From an uncultured Gammaproteobacteria bacterium (GTDB lineage: Bacteria; Patescibacteriota; Microgenomatia; Levybacterales; GWA1-39-11), in contig CAZHDZ010000001.1 of assembly GCA_964531275.1 (NCBI GenBank), positions 68,882 through 132,881 of the forward strand: DNA of 64,000 nucleotides. The letters run 5' to 3'. This document shows, piece by piece, positions 34,443 through 44,906 of this stretch. Below the pieces are notes generated by a model that saw only the letters and a program-made list of their open reading frames with translations, did no database searches and was not told where the DNA came from. Numbering within the stretch: the stretch's first letter is position 1; every line of letters begins with the position of its first letter. The translations under genes were made by a program, and so were the position numbers.

Positions 34443-36065
34443 ATGCCAGAGCGACCATTCCTATTTTTAGATGTTCCGGATAGATACATAGAACAGCCTA
34501 TTGGCCAAAATGTAGGTGTGTCTGTTGTTGTGCCAATGTATAAGGAGTTTGGCAATGGAAACATCTTTCGACTGATAGACACATTCTCGAGCCAGACAGT
34601 GGCTAGTGATAGTTTTGAGGTTTTATGTGTTATCAATAATCCAAAAAAAGATGCAGAGGAAGAATCTCCTGCCTTTTTAGAAAACCAGCAAGTTCTTAAG
34701 GTTGCACAATACTTGAAGGAAGGAGCGGAGATACCTGAAAGTTACACTCCATATCAACAAAGAGTGATACGAAACGCTCAGCAATATGGCCTATCCATGC
34801 ACATGATTGATGTAACAGCGGGAGGTGTAGAAAGAAATATGGGAAGAGCGAGACAAGTTGGTGTTATTGAGGCATCAAAGAGGGCTCAACAGACAGAAAA
34901 GAAAGATGAATCAATAATTGCCCATATGGATGCAGACACGGTTGTCGAGAAGAGATATATAGAAAAATTGGTCGAATTTTTCAAGACCACAGGTGTTGAA
35001 TCAACAGCATTGCACTATGACTACGTAATGCCACATGGTGACAAAAGACTTTTTCAAACTTCGCAGGAATACGATAGAAGAAATTGGTACTATCGGCTTT
35101 CTGGTCTGCTTGCTGGAATCCCGACTGTATCAACGCCACAAATTGCAGCCACAGTTGGAGCGCATAAAAAAATTGGAGGAGTACCAATAAGGCCGGTAGG
35201 TGAAGACGTTACTCTTTTTGATTTGTTACGAAATAAAACAAATTTTTCTTCAGCCCCGCACATAACAGTATTTGCCGCTGATCGCGCAAGGGTCGAGAGC
35301 TTTGATGGAAGCGGTAGATATCATTCCTTGGATAATATCAAGGAAGCTGTTTGTTCAAATCCTTCAATTGATCTTGTCAGAAAAGCCGTTGCGTTAATGA
35401 AATACCAACAACCAGGGGAGTTGCCGCGGCTTGATTTCGTTACAGAAATGCTTGAAAAATTTGATCTTTCTATTGACCACGAAGAGCTAGTGCAGTTATT
35501 TACTCAAGAATACCCAAGTGCAGAGGCCTTCTTTAGAAAAGTAGACGATTTTATTAGAAGTGGCCAAGGTAATTTAGATTTTAAACCTACAATTACTCCT
35601 ATCGAATATGCAACAAAATTAATTACAATTTTTTCGAACTGGTCAAATCCTCAAGAGAAAACTCTTCTGGACGATTTGTTAAGAAGAGAGGAGAGAACTC
35701 AGAAGATGCGTCATTCATTTAGAAAAGACGTAGTTAGAACAGTATTAACTGAATATTATAGAACAGGAGATGCTTCAACAGTATCTGCTATAAATCCTGA
35801 TTACGGAGAATTTCTAGCTCAGAACCCTTGGATGGTAGATGAGCTTAGTGCATTATTTAATAAAGGATTTAGTTGCGAGGAAGCGTTCGATATATTGACG
35901 AGCTCATTTCCAGGATTTTTAGGAGAATGGAGTGAAGATCTCCAAGGCTGTACAGCCAAATTCAAAGGGCTTATCAATTTTGTAATGAAATGTAAGCACA
36001 GCAGGGAAGAATTTCCAGATGTTCATCGAGCAATAAATTACTTTTCCTCACCGTTAGTGCTTTAG
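34443..36065 (+). CDS. GT-A (family 2-like) glycosyltransferase domain with uncharacterised helical C-terminus
   Basis: VSVVVPMYKE, MGRARQVG, HMDADT (DxD), IGG...GED. Confidence 0.7.
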   Translation: MPERPFLFLDVPDRYIEQPIGQNVGVSVVVPMYKEFGNGNIFRLIDTFSSQTVASDSFEVLCVINNPKKDAEEESPAFLENQQVLKVAQYLKEGAEIPESYTPYQQRVIRNAQQYGLSMHMIDVTAGGVERNMGRARQVGVIEASKRAQQTEKKDESIIAHMDADTVVEKRYIEKLVEFFKTTGVESTALHYDYVMPHGDKRLFQTSQEYDRRNWYYRLSGLLAGIPTVSTPQIAATVGAHKKIGGVPIRPVGEDVTLFDLLRNKTNFSSAPHITVFAADRARVESFDGSGRYHSLDNIKEAVCSNPSIDLVRKAVALMKYQQPGELPRLDFVTEMLEKFDLSIDHEELVQLFTQEYPSAEAFFRKVDDFIRSGQGNLDFKPTITPIEYATKLITIFSNWSNPQEKTLLDDLLRREERTQKMRHSFRKDVVRTVLTEYYRTGDASTVSAINPDYGEFLAQNPWMVDELSALFNKGFSCEEAFDILTSSFPGFLGEWSEDLQGCTAKFKGLINFVMKCKHSREEFPDVHRAINYFSSPLVL

Positions 36066-36120
36066 AGAAGATGGTAATAAAAAAACCTCATGTATTGTTG
36101 ATATGCGATATACTGATTCT

Positions 36121-37173
36121 ATGGAAGAGTCTTCAGTTGAAGTTGCACCACCTGTAAGAAGAATTGTTAGGAGAAGTGGTGGCGGCGTAGTCCCAATACA
36201 GAAAGGTCCTTCTGCATTATCCAGAATTGCCAGCAAGGTTGTCCCAGTTGTTCTTGCGGCCTCTGCAATAGGAGGTAGTGCTGGCTTGGTGCATGAAAGT
36301 ATGAATTCAGATAGTGACAATAGGGGAGCTACGGTGACATTCATACCAAAAGTAGAGGCGAGTGAAGAAGCCATGATTCAGGAAAGTGATGGCATTTTTG
36401 ATATGGTTTTCCATGGGTCAGATAATGCCCAAAAGACTGAGGCACGACAGGAAGTAGATATGTATAAAAGCAAAATTGCAGCAAAGCCAGGATACGTACA
36501 AGAGCACCAAGTGATTCCATTAAAGTATGAACGTCAAATAGAACAGACCGCAATGGCATACGGAATTTCCAAAGATACTTTGATGGGGATTGTTTCTGTA
36601 GAAAATGGTGGGGGTGTGGATATAACAAATAAATCCTCAGGTGCCCGTGGGGTCACACAATTTTTGCCGGATACAGCAAGGCAATATGGATTGCGAGTTA
36701 ATTCTGAATTTGATGAACGTACAAATCCAGATAAAAGTATCGCTGCAACAGGTAAGTATCTGGAGCAGAATAAAGCACTTTTTGGTGGTGATGAAGGGCT
36801 TGCCATATGGTCGTATCATGCAGGAGCAGGAATAGTATTTCGGGCGTTAAGGACTTATTTCCTGGATACCAACAATGTAGATATTGGGGATTATGTTGAT
36901 GCAATTGTTACAAATAATCCAGCAGCCCGGGAAAGCGTAGAGGAAAAGACTAAAGAATTAATGAAAAAAGACGGATTGGATATTTACAAGCTTCTTAAAA
37001 ATGAAGCTGTCCAAAAAAATGTTGTCGAGGGTCTTGATGATTTTTCAGGTAGTTACCCGTTTCAAGTTCTTGCTGCCGGTGAATTATTGAATGAAAGATC
37101 TAACAATGTTGTTGCTTCTCAGGAGGAACAAAAACCAATTCTTGCAAGCGCAACCGGCAATACTTCTCGATAA
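36121..37173 (+). CDS. membrane-anchored lytic transglycosylase (SLT domain)
   Basis: IVSVENGG (catalytic Glu), GARGVTQFLPDTARQYGL, SYHAG; TATACT 12 nt before ATG 36121. Confidence 0.88.
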   Translation: MEESSVEVAPPVRRIVRRSGGGVVPIQKGPSALSRIASKVVPVVLAASAIGGSAGLVHESMNSDSDNRGATVTFIPKVEASEEAMIQESDGIFDMVFHGSDNAQKTEARQEVDMYKSKIAAKPGYVQEHQVIPLKYERQIEQTAMAYGISKDTLMGIVSVENGGGVDITNKSSGARGVTQFLPDTARQYGLRVNSEFDERTNPDKSIAATGKYLEQNKALFGGDEGLAIWSYHAGAGIVFRALRTYFLDTNNVDIGDYVDAIVTNNPAARESVEEKTKELMKKDGLDIYKLLKNEAVQKNVVEGLDDFSGSYPFQVLAAGELLNERSNNVVASQEEQKPILASATGNTSR

Positions 37174-37286
37174 TTTATGTATTAGAGAGAGGTTACAAAG
37201 TGGAGGGTTAGAATATCACCCTGGGGGTGGGAGTGGTCAGCCATGCTTTAGTTGTGCACCCGCAAAATATTAGTGTCAAATAGAAT

Positions 37287-38144
37287 TTATCTTAGCATCT
37301 GCATTGCAATGCGAGTTCTTGAAAAATCATTTGGTTCTTCATGACCACCCGGTACAACTTCATAGTGCTTAAAAGGGAAAGCATGTCCTCCATCTTTTAG
37401 ATCCTTTAAGGCAGCTTCCATTTCGCTGTACCTAAAGAGATTGTCCTCTTGAGCAACGATTGCCGAAACACCTACACCTTTCTTGTTTAATTTTAAAATT
37501 ACATCAATTAAATTTGCTTTAGCTATGCCTCGAATTTCACCAACTCGGCAGGGAATATTCCTTCTCAGATAGTGTGCAACCTCTCCTGTATTTGCGCCTT
37601 CCAGACCCCACCCATTTTGTTTGAGGGCCTGAAGCTTATCCAGACTCCACCGTGCTACTACAACGTGCGGCGGTAATTCAACGGCTCCTGGACTTCCCAG
37701 CACTATATGGTCAAAACTATCTGAAATAAGAGCTGCCATTGCGAGATCAAGTGCCCCACCTGAAATTCCATATCCTTTTCCACCTTGGAGTCCATATTCT
37801 TTGGCAACATTCGCAAGTATAGTAGATCTCATTAAGATCTCGGGGGTAAAGTTGTTGTAATAACCTTTATTGTCCCTTTTAACTCCACGACCCTTAGCAA
37901 CATCAATAGCAGGAGTAATTGCTCTTATTCTATTACTTGCAATTACCTCACTTCGTCCTACAACTGGATTGAAAATTCCAAATCCTTGAGCAACCAAAAG
38001 TGGTTGGCCTATAGCATTTGGAGGAGTTATATCGTGTACAATAGCTGCACCTTCCGGGTAACTGTGAGTCGTTCTACTATAAGAACCAAGTCCCTCAAAG
38101 GCAGCCTCGGGTAATTGGAATGATCCTTCCTTAAAAGGTGGCAC
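37287..38144 (-). CDS. alpha/beta hydrolase-fold hypothetical protein
   Basis: GISGGA nucleophile elbow, EDNLF, GGHE. Confidence 0.55.
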   Translation of the reverse strand: MPPFKEGSFQLPEAAFEGLGSYSRTTHSYPEGAAIVHDITPPNAIGQPLLVAQGFGIFNPVVGRSEVIASNRIRAITPAIDVAKGRGVKRDNKGYYNNFTPEILMRSTILANVAKEYGLQGGKGYGISGGALDLAMAALISDSFDHIVLGSPGAVELPPHVVVARWSLDKLQALKQNGWGLEGANTGEVAHYLRRNIPCRVGEIRGIAKANLIDVILKLNKKGVGVSAIVAQEDNLFRYSEMEAALKDLKDGGHAFPFKHYEVVPGGHEEPNDFSRTRIAMQMLR

Positions 38145-38245
38145 CTAGAATTATAGCCACACAATCTTTGAAAAGTGAAGAATGGATGCATTCGATTGCC
38201 CCCGACGTGCGATTTAACACAAAATCCACTATAATTGTCATCCGT

Positions 38246-38908
38246 ATGAGCGAAAGAGAAGGTACTCAGCCAACACAAGGATCTCCTGCAGAATTTTCTG
38301 CACCAGCTGGAGATTACGGCAAGAGTAGAGTTCTTGGAATACTGTTTGCGCGCGAACTGGGAGAACAATTGGTGGGTACAAACCCAGAAGTTGCTGAGTT
38401 ATATATAGCAACAGGTTTAAGCTACAGTGATATTGCTCGTCAGGTTATTCCTGGCATTGCTTCAAGTTTTCCAAGAGTTGCAGAAGTTGCAGTGGGTAAT
38501 GCTGTCAGGGGCATTATTCCTCCAGAAGAGCTCGGACCAATAGTTGCAAGAAAAAGAGCGGCTGCAATGGAAGCATTAGTCGCAAGCAGGAGTGCAGATG
38601 AGCAAAGAGAGCACCAAAGTGCAGCTGGAAAAAGAAGACAGAAGCTCCACGGGCCCAATGTAGAAGCAATGGTTAGGGGACGAGGAAGAACAATGTGGAG
38701 TGAGAATGAGAAGAGTCTTGCTGTAGCATTGAGTAGATTTCCTGAATTTCAATCAAAAAGCCCACATCATAAAGGGGAAGCAAACCATGAAGATATTGCT
38801 CTAGCACTGAATGAGCTTTTTCATGACGGTAGGGAAGTTAGGCGAAAAGGTGGTGTGAATAAGACAGTTAATGCCTTAAAGCGAAAGCAGGCTGAACAGG
38901 AAAAATAA
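38246..38908 (+). CDS. hypothetical basic protein (possible nucleic-acid binding)
   Basis: long ORF; GLSYSDIARQ HTH-like stretch and WSENE motif; start uncertain (38138-38246). Confidence 0.5.
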   Translation: MSEREGTQPTQGSPAEFSAPAGDYGKSRVLGILFARELGEQLVGTNPEVAELYIATGLSYSDIARQVIPGIASSFPRVAEVAVGNAVRGIIPPEELGPIVARKRAAAMEALVASRSADEQREHQSAAGKRRQKLHGPNVEAMVRGRGRTMWSENEKSLAVALSRFPEFQSKSPHHKGEANHEDIALALNELFHDGREVRRKGGVNKTVNALKRKQAEQEK

Positions 38909-38937
38909 TATTCAAAGACATAGAAGCACTGCAGATA

Positions 38938-40575
38938 CTAGTCTTTATCAAAGTTAACTATCCTGTATGCTTTTGTACCATCAAATCTAGTAACTATTGT
39001 TTGGCTTGTTGTACCTTTCTTGTCTGAGCAATCACCATTCTCTATTATGAGAGAATTTGGTTGTAGGACAAGAGTGCCATCCATTATCCGGTTGGATATA
39101 CACGGATCATCGATAAAGACTAGATTGTCTATTGTGTCTGCCTTGAACTTACTTTTAATTAGACCATCCGGTAACAGCTCAAATCGCCTTGCATAGAACA
39201 AATAGTACAGTGGAATATCATCAATCATTGGGAGATAAATGGTGGTATAGTTTTTTTGATTAGCAAGCACATATTCTATTAACTCCTTTTCTCCTTGATT
39301 TCTAAAAAAAGGTTTGTACGACTTACTATGAACAGAGTATTGGTGAATAAAAAATACTAGTTCGAGTGTTAAAAATAAAGTCATAATACATGTGAAGTAT
39401 AATTTTTTTCTTTTGCCCAATTCTTCCCAGAAAGCTAAAGAGCCAATAGAAAGCATGATAACAATTGGCAATATCATTAGCATGCTCCTGTGAATATTTG
39501 GTGAGTCTTCGTACGTTAGAGCAGCAGGAAGAGCAGCCAACAAAAATAGATACAGTAAATACCACGCAAATTTATTCGTTCGTTGATATTGGAGGAAGAA
39601 AAAGAAAAAAAGCAAAAGTAATGGAATAAAACTGTAGTACAAAATCCCTTGTCCAGGGACTACATATCTATCAGGAAGCCCTTTGTCCTCGAACAGAAAG
39701 TCAAAAGAATAGTAGGAAATATATTGTCCGATAAAGCCACGAGCATACACCACGGCTTTATTGTGGAATAAACGCGCTTCAAAAATATGGTTTTGTCCTT
39801 CGCCTATGGTAAATTGTTGAATTGTATTATTGAGGATTTCATTTTTATAAAATGCTACTTGGCTAAATCTTCCACTTCCGGCGCCGGTAAGACCAAGAAG
39901 AGCAGTTATTGCAAATAAAATTGTGATGAATGCAGCAATCGTAATTTTTATCTTATTTGCTTTTGCGAAAAGAGGTAGCGGAAGAAAAATGAATGGGATG
40001 AGGAGTCTATATACGTGATAGAAAAAATATGTTGTTGCACAAAGCACAAATGCATATATTAGATATCGTATTTTTCCGGTTCTTAAATATACGAAGCCAA
40101 AATAAAGCGAGAAAATCAGAAAAAATAATCCAATAATTCCTTCAGAGGTAGAGCGGGATAGTACTACATGCCATGGAAGTATTGCAAGAAAGAATGATGC
40201 TACAAGTGCAACTTTTGGTTTTTTAAATAATTCGATAAGTAGAAGGTAGAGGGGGAAAACTGTTAGTGCTCCAAATAACGAAGAGGGAAGGCGTGTGGCA
40301 AATTCATTCACCCCAAATATAAAAGTGAATATTCCAGAGAGCCAAAAAATTCCTATCGGTCTGAAATCGCCAAATTTATCAAAGAACAGAGGGAAAGCAT
40401 TTCCATATATATCCTGTCCATGAAGAAAAATATATCTTCCAATATATCCTGCCGCCAATTCGTCTGTGTGAAAGCTTTGAGGTACAACTTCTAAGTTATA
40501 TACTCGCAGAACTAATGCAAAGAGAAAAATAAGAGTGAGCACAATGTACTTATTTTTCAAAATTGAGATAGTCAT
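38938..40575 (-). CDS. GT-C (ArnT/PMT, GT39/GT83-like) glycosyltransferase
   Basis: LRVYNL, DELAAGY, FGDFRP, EFATRLPS, PWHVVLSR. Confidence 0.88.
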   Translation of the reverse strand: MTISILKNKYIVLTLIFLFALVLRVYNLEVVPQSFHTDELAAGYIGRYIFLHGQDIYGNAFPLFFDKFGDFRPIGIFWLSGIFTFIFGVNEFATRLPSSLFGALTVFPLYLLLIELFKKPKVALVASFFLAILPWHVVLSRSTSEGIIGLFFLIFSLYFGFVYLRTGKIRYLIYAFVLCATTYFFYHVYRLLIPFIFLPLPLFAKANKIKITIAAFITILFAITALLGLTGAGSGRFSQVAFYKNEILNNTIQQFTIGEGQNHIFEARLFHNKAVVYARGFIGQYISYYSFDFLFEDKGLPDRYVVPGQGILYYSFIPLLLLFFFFFLQYQRTNKFAWYLLYLFLLAALPAALTYEDSPNIHRSMLMILPIVIMLSIGSLAFWEELGKRKKLYFTCIMTLFLTLELVFFIHQYSVHSKSYKPFFRNQGEKELIEYVLANQKNYTTIYLPMIDDIPLYYLFYARRFELLPDGLIKSKFKADTIDNLVFIDDPCISNRIMDGTLVLQPNSLIIENGDCSDKKGTTSQTIVTRFDGTKAYRIVNFDKD

Positions 40576-40763
40576 TAATAAATTATAGCATTCAGGTGGC
40601 TAGCGAATTTAAGCTAAATAGATTTAACACTCCGAATAACAAATTGAGGCTATTTTCCTTTCTTTTCATGCTACGATTGAGTATTAGAATCGGTGCTATA
40701 ATTTCAGTAACGACTAAAAACTACTTGTGAATCATTGATGTCTAAAAAAGATTAAGGAATTCT

Positions 40764-42272
40764 ATGGAAGACGCAACAATTAAAAAAAACAAAGAACAGG
40801 CCAGGGAGATTTTCCCCATCTCCTACTTAAGAAAAAATCGTTATACAAAAGCACTGACTCATATTAAATTAGGAACACTATTATCCCTTTTTTTTGTTTT
40901 CTTTACTACTTATATTGCATTTTATAACTTAGGAAAGGCGCCTTTGGATAACTGGGATGAAGCTTGGTATGCGGAAGTGACAAAGCAGATGCTCAGAACA
41001 AAGGAATTTGTGATACTCAACTGGAATGGGGGAGTTTGGTTAGATAAGCCCCCAATGTATATGTGGCTTTCTGCTCTAATCTCAAGTGTGATTGGATTGT
41101 CGGAATTTTCAGTACGACTGACTTCTGCGCTAAGTGGACTTATTGCTATCATGCTCGTTGTTTGGCACTCAAAAAAAGAATACGGTATTGTTCCGGCAAT
41201 ATTAGCATTTTCCACTTTAGCATTAAATAATATCTTTGTTTGGCGGATGAGAAGCGGCAATATAGACATTTTTGTTACTTTTCTGATTTTGCTCACCTAC
41301 TTTGTTCTCATAGGTAAAAATAAGTATAGATATCCTTTGCTTGGGCTACTATTTAGTTTTATTTTCTTAACAAAGGCTTCGCTTATTATGTTTCCTCTGA
41401 GCATCTTTCTGGTACACGAAATTCTTTTTCAAAGAAAGAATATTTTCAAACAATTTAAAGAATACCTAAAGTTTGTTGGAGCACTTTTATTACTTCCTGG
41501 GTTATGGCTTCTAATCGGCTATTTAAAAATAGGATTGGCTTTCCCTATCTACTACTTATTCACATCTGATCAGGGTGTAGCAAGTGTATCACTTGCCAAA
41601 TTTAACACTGACTATATCATGCATACATATTATTCTCTTCAAAGAAGATTTTCATTTGTATTTATTGCTGGAATAGTATTTGCGCTAAGGCATATCAGAG
41701 ACGCTAAGATTTTTCTCCTATTATTGTATGCGACTGCATTGCTCATTCAGTTAAGTTTTACAGATAGAAATAATAACTGGTACTTAATTCCCTCGATGCC
41801 TTTCTGGTCTCTTCTTGTTGCCTTTGCGACATATCACATTATTAATATATTCAGAAAAAATAAATTTATCATCGGAATAATAATTCTATTGACTCTTTAT
41901 ATATCTTATAGAACATTTACCATCAACATACTTCCTATTCTCGACACATCTTCTTCAATTAAGCAAACTGAAAGTAGTAAGTTGTTGAATAAAATAGCGA
42001 AAAGTGATGATGTTATTGTTAGGCTTGATCACTTATATCCTGCGACCATCTACTATACGAATAGGAAAGTATTAGCTTCGCCAAAGGACACTGTAGAAAC
42101 TAAAAAAATATGGATAAATAGAAACGATTTGATAACAGCAATTCAGAAGAAAAACATTCGTTGGATTGTTGGGGAGAATAGCGAGGTTGAAAATTTTGTA
42201 AAGCAAGCTGCCGAAATCCAATTCCGACAAATAAAAGTGAATGATGTAGAAACCATTGCTGAGGCTCTGTAA
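40764..42272 (+). CDS. ArnT-like GT-C glycosyltransferase
   Basis: WDEAWYA, DKPPMYMW, EFSVRL, LTKA. Confidence 0.88.
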   Translation: MEDATIKKNKEQAREIFPISYLRKNRYTKALTHIKLGTLLSLFFVFFTTYIAFYNLGKAPLDNWDEAWYAEVTKQMLRTKEFVILNWNGGVWLDKPPMYMWLSALISSVIGLSEFSVRLTSALSGLIAIMLVVWHSKKEYGIVPAILAFSTLALNNIFVWRMRSGNIDIFVTFLILLTYFVLIGKNKYRYPLLGLLFSFIFLTKASLIMFPLSIFLVHEILFQRKNIFKQFKEYLKFVGALLLLPGLWLLIGYLKIGLAFPIYYLFTSDQGVASVSLAKFNTDYIMHTYYSLQRRFSFVFIAGIVFALRHIRDAKIFLLLLYATALLIQLSFTDRNNNWYLIPSMPFWSLLVAFATYHIINIFRKNKFIIGIIILLTLYISYRTFTINILPILDTSSSIKQTESSKLLNKIAKSDDVIVRLDHLYPATIYYTNRKVLASPKDTVETKKIWINRNDLITAIQKKNIRWIVGENSEVENFVKQAAEIQFRQIKVNDVETIAEAL

Positions 42273-42324
42273 GTAAAAAAAGGAGTCTTTCTTTACATAG
42301 TAACCAGATTCAAGCCTGTATAAA

Positions 42325-42963
42325 TTAGAATCGTGAATCCTGATCTAAAGACACCACATCAGCAATGTGCCGATTTTTCCTTATTCCATTTGTGTGTACT
42401 CCAATAAGCGACACTGGTAGAAGATGGTTATCTACTCCCTTAGTCTTTGCCCTCTTTATTCCGATTGGGACCCGCCGATTCAGAAGAAAAGAGCCCCAGA
42501 GCTTATAGTCCCAAGGGCAATATATATTGGAAACTTTGAGAGAAGAATTCTTTGATAAATTTTCTAACAAATTATCGGGAATATCTGCTTGAACAAAAAA
42601 TATGTGCTTAATATATTTGGGTAATGAGTGTGTTTTTAAGTAGTTCAAGAATAAATATGCTCCTAGTGAATGACAGACAATTGTAGATGGTCGGGCCACT
42701 TGCAATTGTCTATCTAGGCTACTAAGTAAATCTTTTGATTTAGCAAGATTCTTCTCATCTTTATATAAAGTAATTGTTTTGAGGGGGTTAAGTTGTTCTG
42801 TGAGGGTGAAATGTCTTCTGATTCCCCAATCAAATACTTGAGCACGCTTTTGTTTTATTAGATCCGAGAAAATTAAGAATCCACCATCACTGATCAGGGT
42901 CTTATAGAAGAGGGGAGCGGTTCTTTTTATTCCATACCCATGAATCAGAAGTGACGTATCCAC
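42325..42963 (-). CDS. alpha/beta hydrolase-fold protein
   Basis: LIHGY, CHSLGA nucleophile elbow. Confidence 0.65.
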   Translation of the reverse strand: MDTSLLIHGYGIKRTAPLFYKTLISDGGFLIFSDLIKQKRAQVFDWGIRRHFTLTEQLNPLKTITLYKDEKNLAKSKDLLSSLDRQLQVARPSTIVCHSLGAYLFLNYLKTHSLPKYIKHIFFVQADIPDNLLENLSKNSSLKVSNIYCPWDYKLWGSFLLNRRVPIGIKRAKTKGVDNHLLPVSLIGVHTNGIRKNRHIADVVSLDQDSRF

Positions 42964-42988
42964 ATGAAGATTATAGCTTTTAAACTAT

Positions 42989-43013
42989 AAAAAATCCTGC
43001 AGGACGCAGGATT
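42989..43013 (-). terminator. intrinsic terminator
   Basis: AATCCTGC-gtcct-GCAGGATT followed by a T-run on the minus strand. Confidence 0.7.
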
Positions 43014-43170
43014 ATGTGACCCAGATGTTTTTGAATTGTCCGCCTGCAACGCTTATTGCTTAACAACTGCGGCCAGGGAACCAGATTCGAAGCTCTTTGC
43101 AGCAGTGGAATCGAGTATTGCGTCCCGACCTAAACCCAATAACCTCAACTAATTGCGGGAATTAGAATCA
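43014..43170 (-). ncRNA. candidate structured RNA of unknown family
   Basis: GC-richer non-coding stretch with nested stems, ending at the terminator. Confidence 0.25.
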
Positions 43171-43177
43171 AAACATT

Positions 43178-43363
43178 CTATTGTTTCAGCCATGTAAGAA
43201 TTGTCATCGTTGTTGCAGCTATAAAGACTGTAACTAGCAGAGTCAACATCTCTGATATGATCTCTGGGAATACAACAGCAAGGATCATTCCGAAAGAAAT
43301 CGCGGCAATTTTAAATATTGCTGCTTGGAACCACGTTAACTTGAAAGTTTTGAGTATGTTCAT
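43178..43363 (-). CDS. small two-TM membrane protein
   Basis: GGAGGT SD; two hydrophobic helices. Confidence 0.7.
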   Translation of the reverse strand: MNILKTFKLTWFQAAIFKIAAISFGMILAVVFPEIISEMLTLLVTVFIAATTMTILTWLKQ

Positions 43364-43371
43364 GTTACTAT

Positions 43372-43890
43372 CTACCTCCCCTTTGCTTTTTTAATATCTT
43401 TTTGATTTGGATGCACTGTAAATACGGGACAGGCTGCTTGGTGAATAATTTGTTCTGCAACTGAACCGATTAATACCTTTTTAAGTCCAGTTCTTCCGTG
43501 GGTAGACATCATAATAAGATCTATTTTTTCTCGCTGCGCAATATAGAGGATTATTTCAGGTGGATACCCCTCAACAACTTTGGTTGTTATTTTCTTTACG
43601 CCTGCACTTAGCAATTCTTCCTTAACTTTTTTTAAGTCTGCTATGGCAGATTCTTTTATTCTTTTTGTCATATCTTGTAAGAATTGATGGTATGTGTCTG
43701 AAGATGAAGGAGTCCCTATGTCATATAAACCACTGTAGCTGAACTCATGAACATATGGAGTTGTGACATGTAGCAAAATAATTTCAGCATGCGAACTTTT
43801 GGCAATTGACGCTGCATGCGGAAGAATTATTGATGCACATTCCGATCCATCATGTGGCAGAAGAATTTTCTTGAAATTTATTGTTTTCAT
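43372..43890 (-). CDS. universal stress protein
   Basis: KILLPHDGS, DLIMMSTHGRTG, IGSVAEQII...CPV. Confidence 0.95.
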   Translation of the reverse strand: MKTINFKKILLPHDGSECASIILPHAASIAKSSHAEIILLHVTTPYVHEFSYSGLYDIGTPSSSDTYHQFLQDMTKRIKESAIADLKKVKEELLSAGVKKITTKVVEGYPPEIILYIAQREKIDLIMMSTHGRTGLKKVLIGSVAEQIIHQAACPVFTVHPNQKDIKKAKGR

Positions 43891-43923
43891 ATCTATTTTA
43901 TACACCTCAATCAATTTCAAGTC

Positions 43924-43962
43924 ATTGATACCAGTCACACAAAGGTTTTGATTTGGATCACG
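43924..43962. promoter_or_regulatory. tandem Crp/Fnr-type sites upstream of usp
   Basis: ATTGATaccaGTCACA (43924-43939) and TTTGATttggATCACG (43947-43962). Confidence 0.7.
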
Positions 43963-43973
43963 TGAAAGATAAA

Positions 43974-44573
43974 TTAGAGGTTGTCTTCTTCAGGTTCTAG
44001 TATGTGCTCTCGGAGTGCTATTTTTGATTTGTCAGCTTCAGGCAATAATTCTTCCATGATGTGAAGATATTTCATAGGATTATGTATCAAGTAAAGATAT
44101 ATGTATTTCTCTTTAGTCCAATTGAAAAGCTTAAGCGTTCCAAAATTAAAGATTCTCCCAAATAATCCTTGCTCTAGGGTAATTGATCCAATATGTTGAA
44201 GTAAATATCTCTCTTCTTTTTTTAAGATTAGCCCTTTCCTATAAACAATATCTTTTGTAGTAATTTCATAGTATTCATTGAGCCATTGTATAATGACAAA
44301 AATCGTAGTTATGGTTTTTAGTACTACAAGAATAATAAAAAGAGGGATGTTAAAAATAAGAATATCATCTCCAACTAGCTGTCTTATATCACTTCTAAGA
44401 ATTAGTGTATGAAAGACAATTGTTGCAACTGCTGCCACGATTTCGATTGAAAGAAGTCGAAGAAGAAGAAAGGAAATGCTTTGACGAATAGTTACATGCG
44501 TTATAACAATATTCTTACCATTCTCACCATGGATAACTCCCATTAACTTTTCTTTATAATCTAAATTAGCCAT
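43974..44573 (-). CDS. bacterial PH (bPH_2) domain membrane protein
   Basis: two TMs, then YEITTKDIVYRKG...QGLFGRIFNFGTL. Confidence 0.8.
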   Translation of the reverse strand: MANLDYKEKLMGVIHGENGKNIVITHVTIRQSISFLLLRLLSIEIVAAVATIVFHTLILRSDIRQLVGDDILIFNIPLFIILVVLKTITTIFVIIQWLNEYYEITTKDIVYRKGLILKKEERYLLQHIGSITLEQGLFGRIFNFGTLKLFNWTKEKYIYLYLIHNPMKYLHIMEELLPEADKSKIALREHILEPEEDNL

Positions 44574-44576
44574 AAC

Positions 44577-44906
44577 CTATTGTATGTTGAAGAAAATCAA
44601 AATGGCAATCACCAGTATGAAATTAATGGTTGTACCGATTTTGGCATCAAGCCAAAATCTAACAATGAGAGACTGCGAAAGCAGCACTGAAATAATTGCC
44701 ATATATACCCACCAAGCTTGATCAAGCAGAAATCCTATGCCTGAGGATAAAAACAATATGCTCGCAATAAACCAAACAACACCGTATGGTTTGGATATAG
44801 ATTCACTGAATTGATCAAGCTCTGCAATATTAAAGCCCTTCGCAAAACCTAAAAGATGTATCATCCCATGAATTATCAGTATCCCAATAATAATTTCTTT
44901 AATCAT
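44577..44906 (-). CDS. hypothetical membrane protein
   Basis: HGMIHLLGF, WLDAKIGT; 3-4 TMs. Confidence 0.7.
   Translation of the reverse strand: MIKEIIIGILIIHGMIHLLGFAKGFNIAELDQFSESISKPYGVVWFIASILFLSSGIGFLLDQAWWVYMAIISVLLSQSLIVRFWLDAKIGTTINFILVIAILIFFNIQ

Noticed and set aside
37174-37286. G-rich intergenic stretch and 60-aa ORF with CxxC between convergent genes
   Set aside because: No credible start or RBS, and no consistent fold or known RNA motif could be established by eye.
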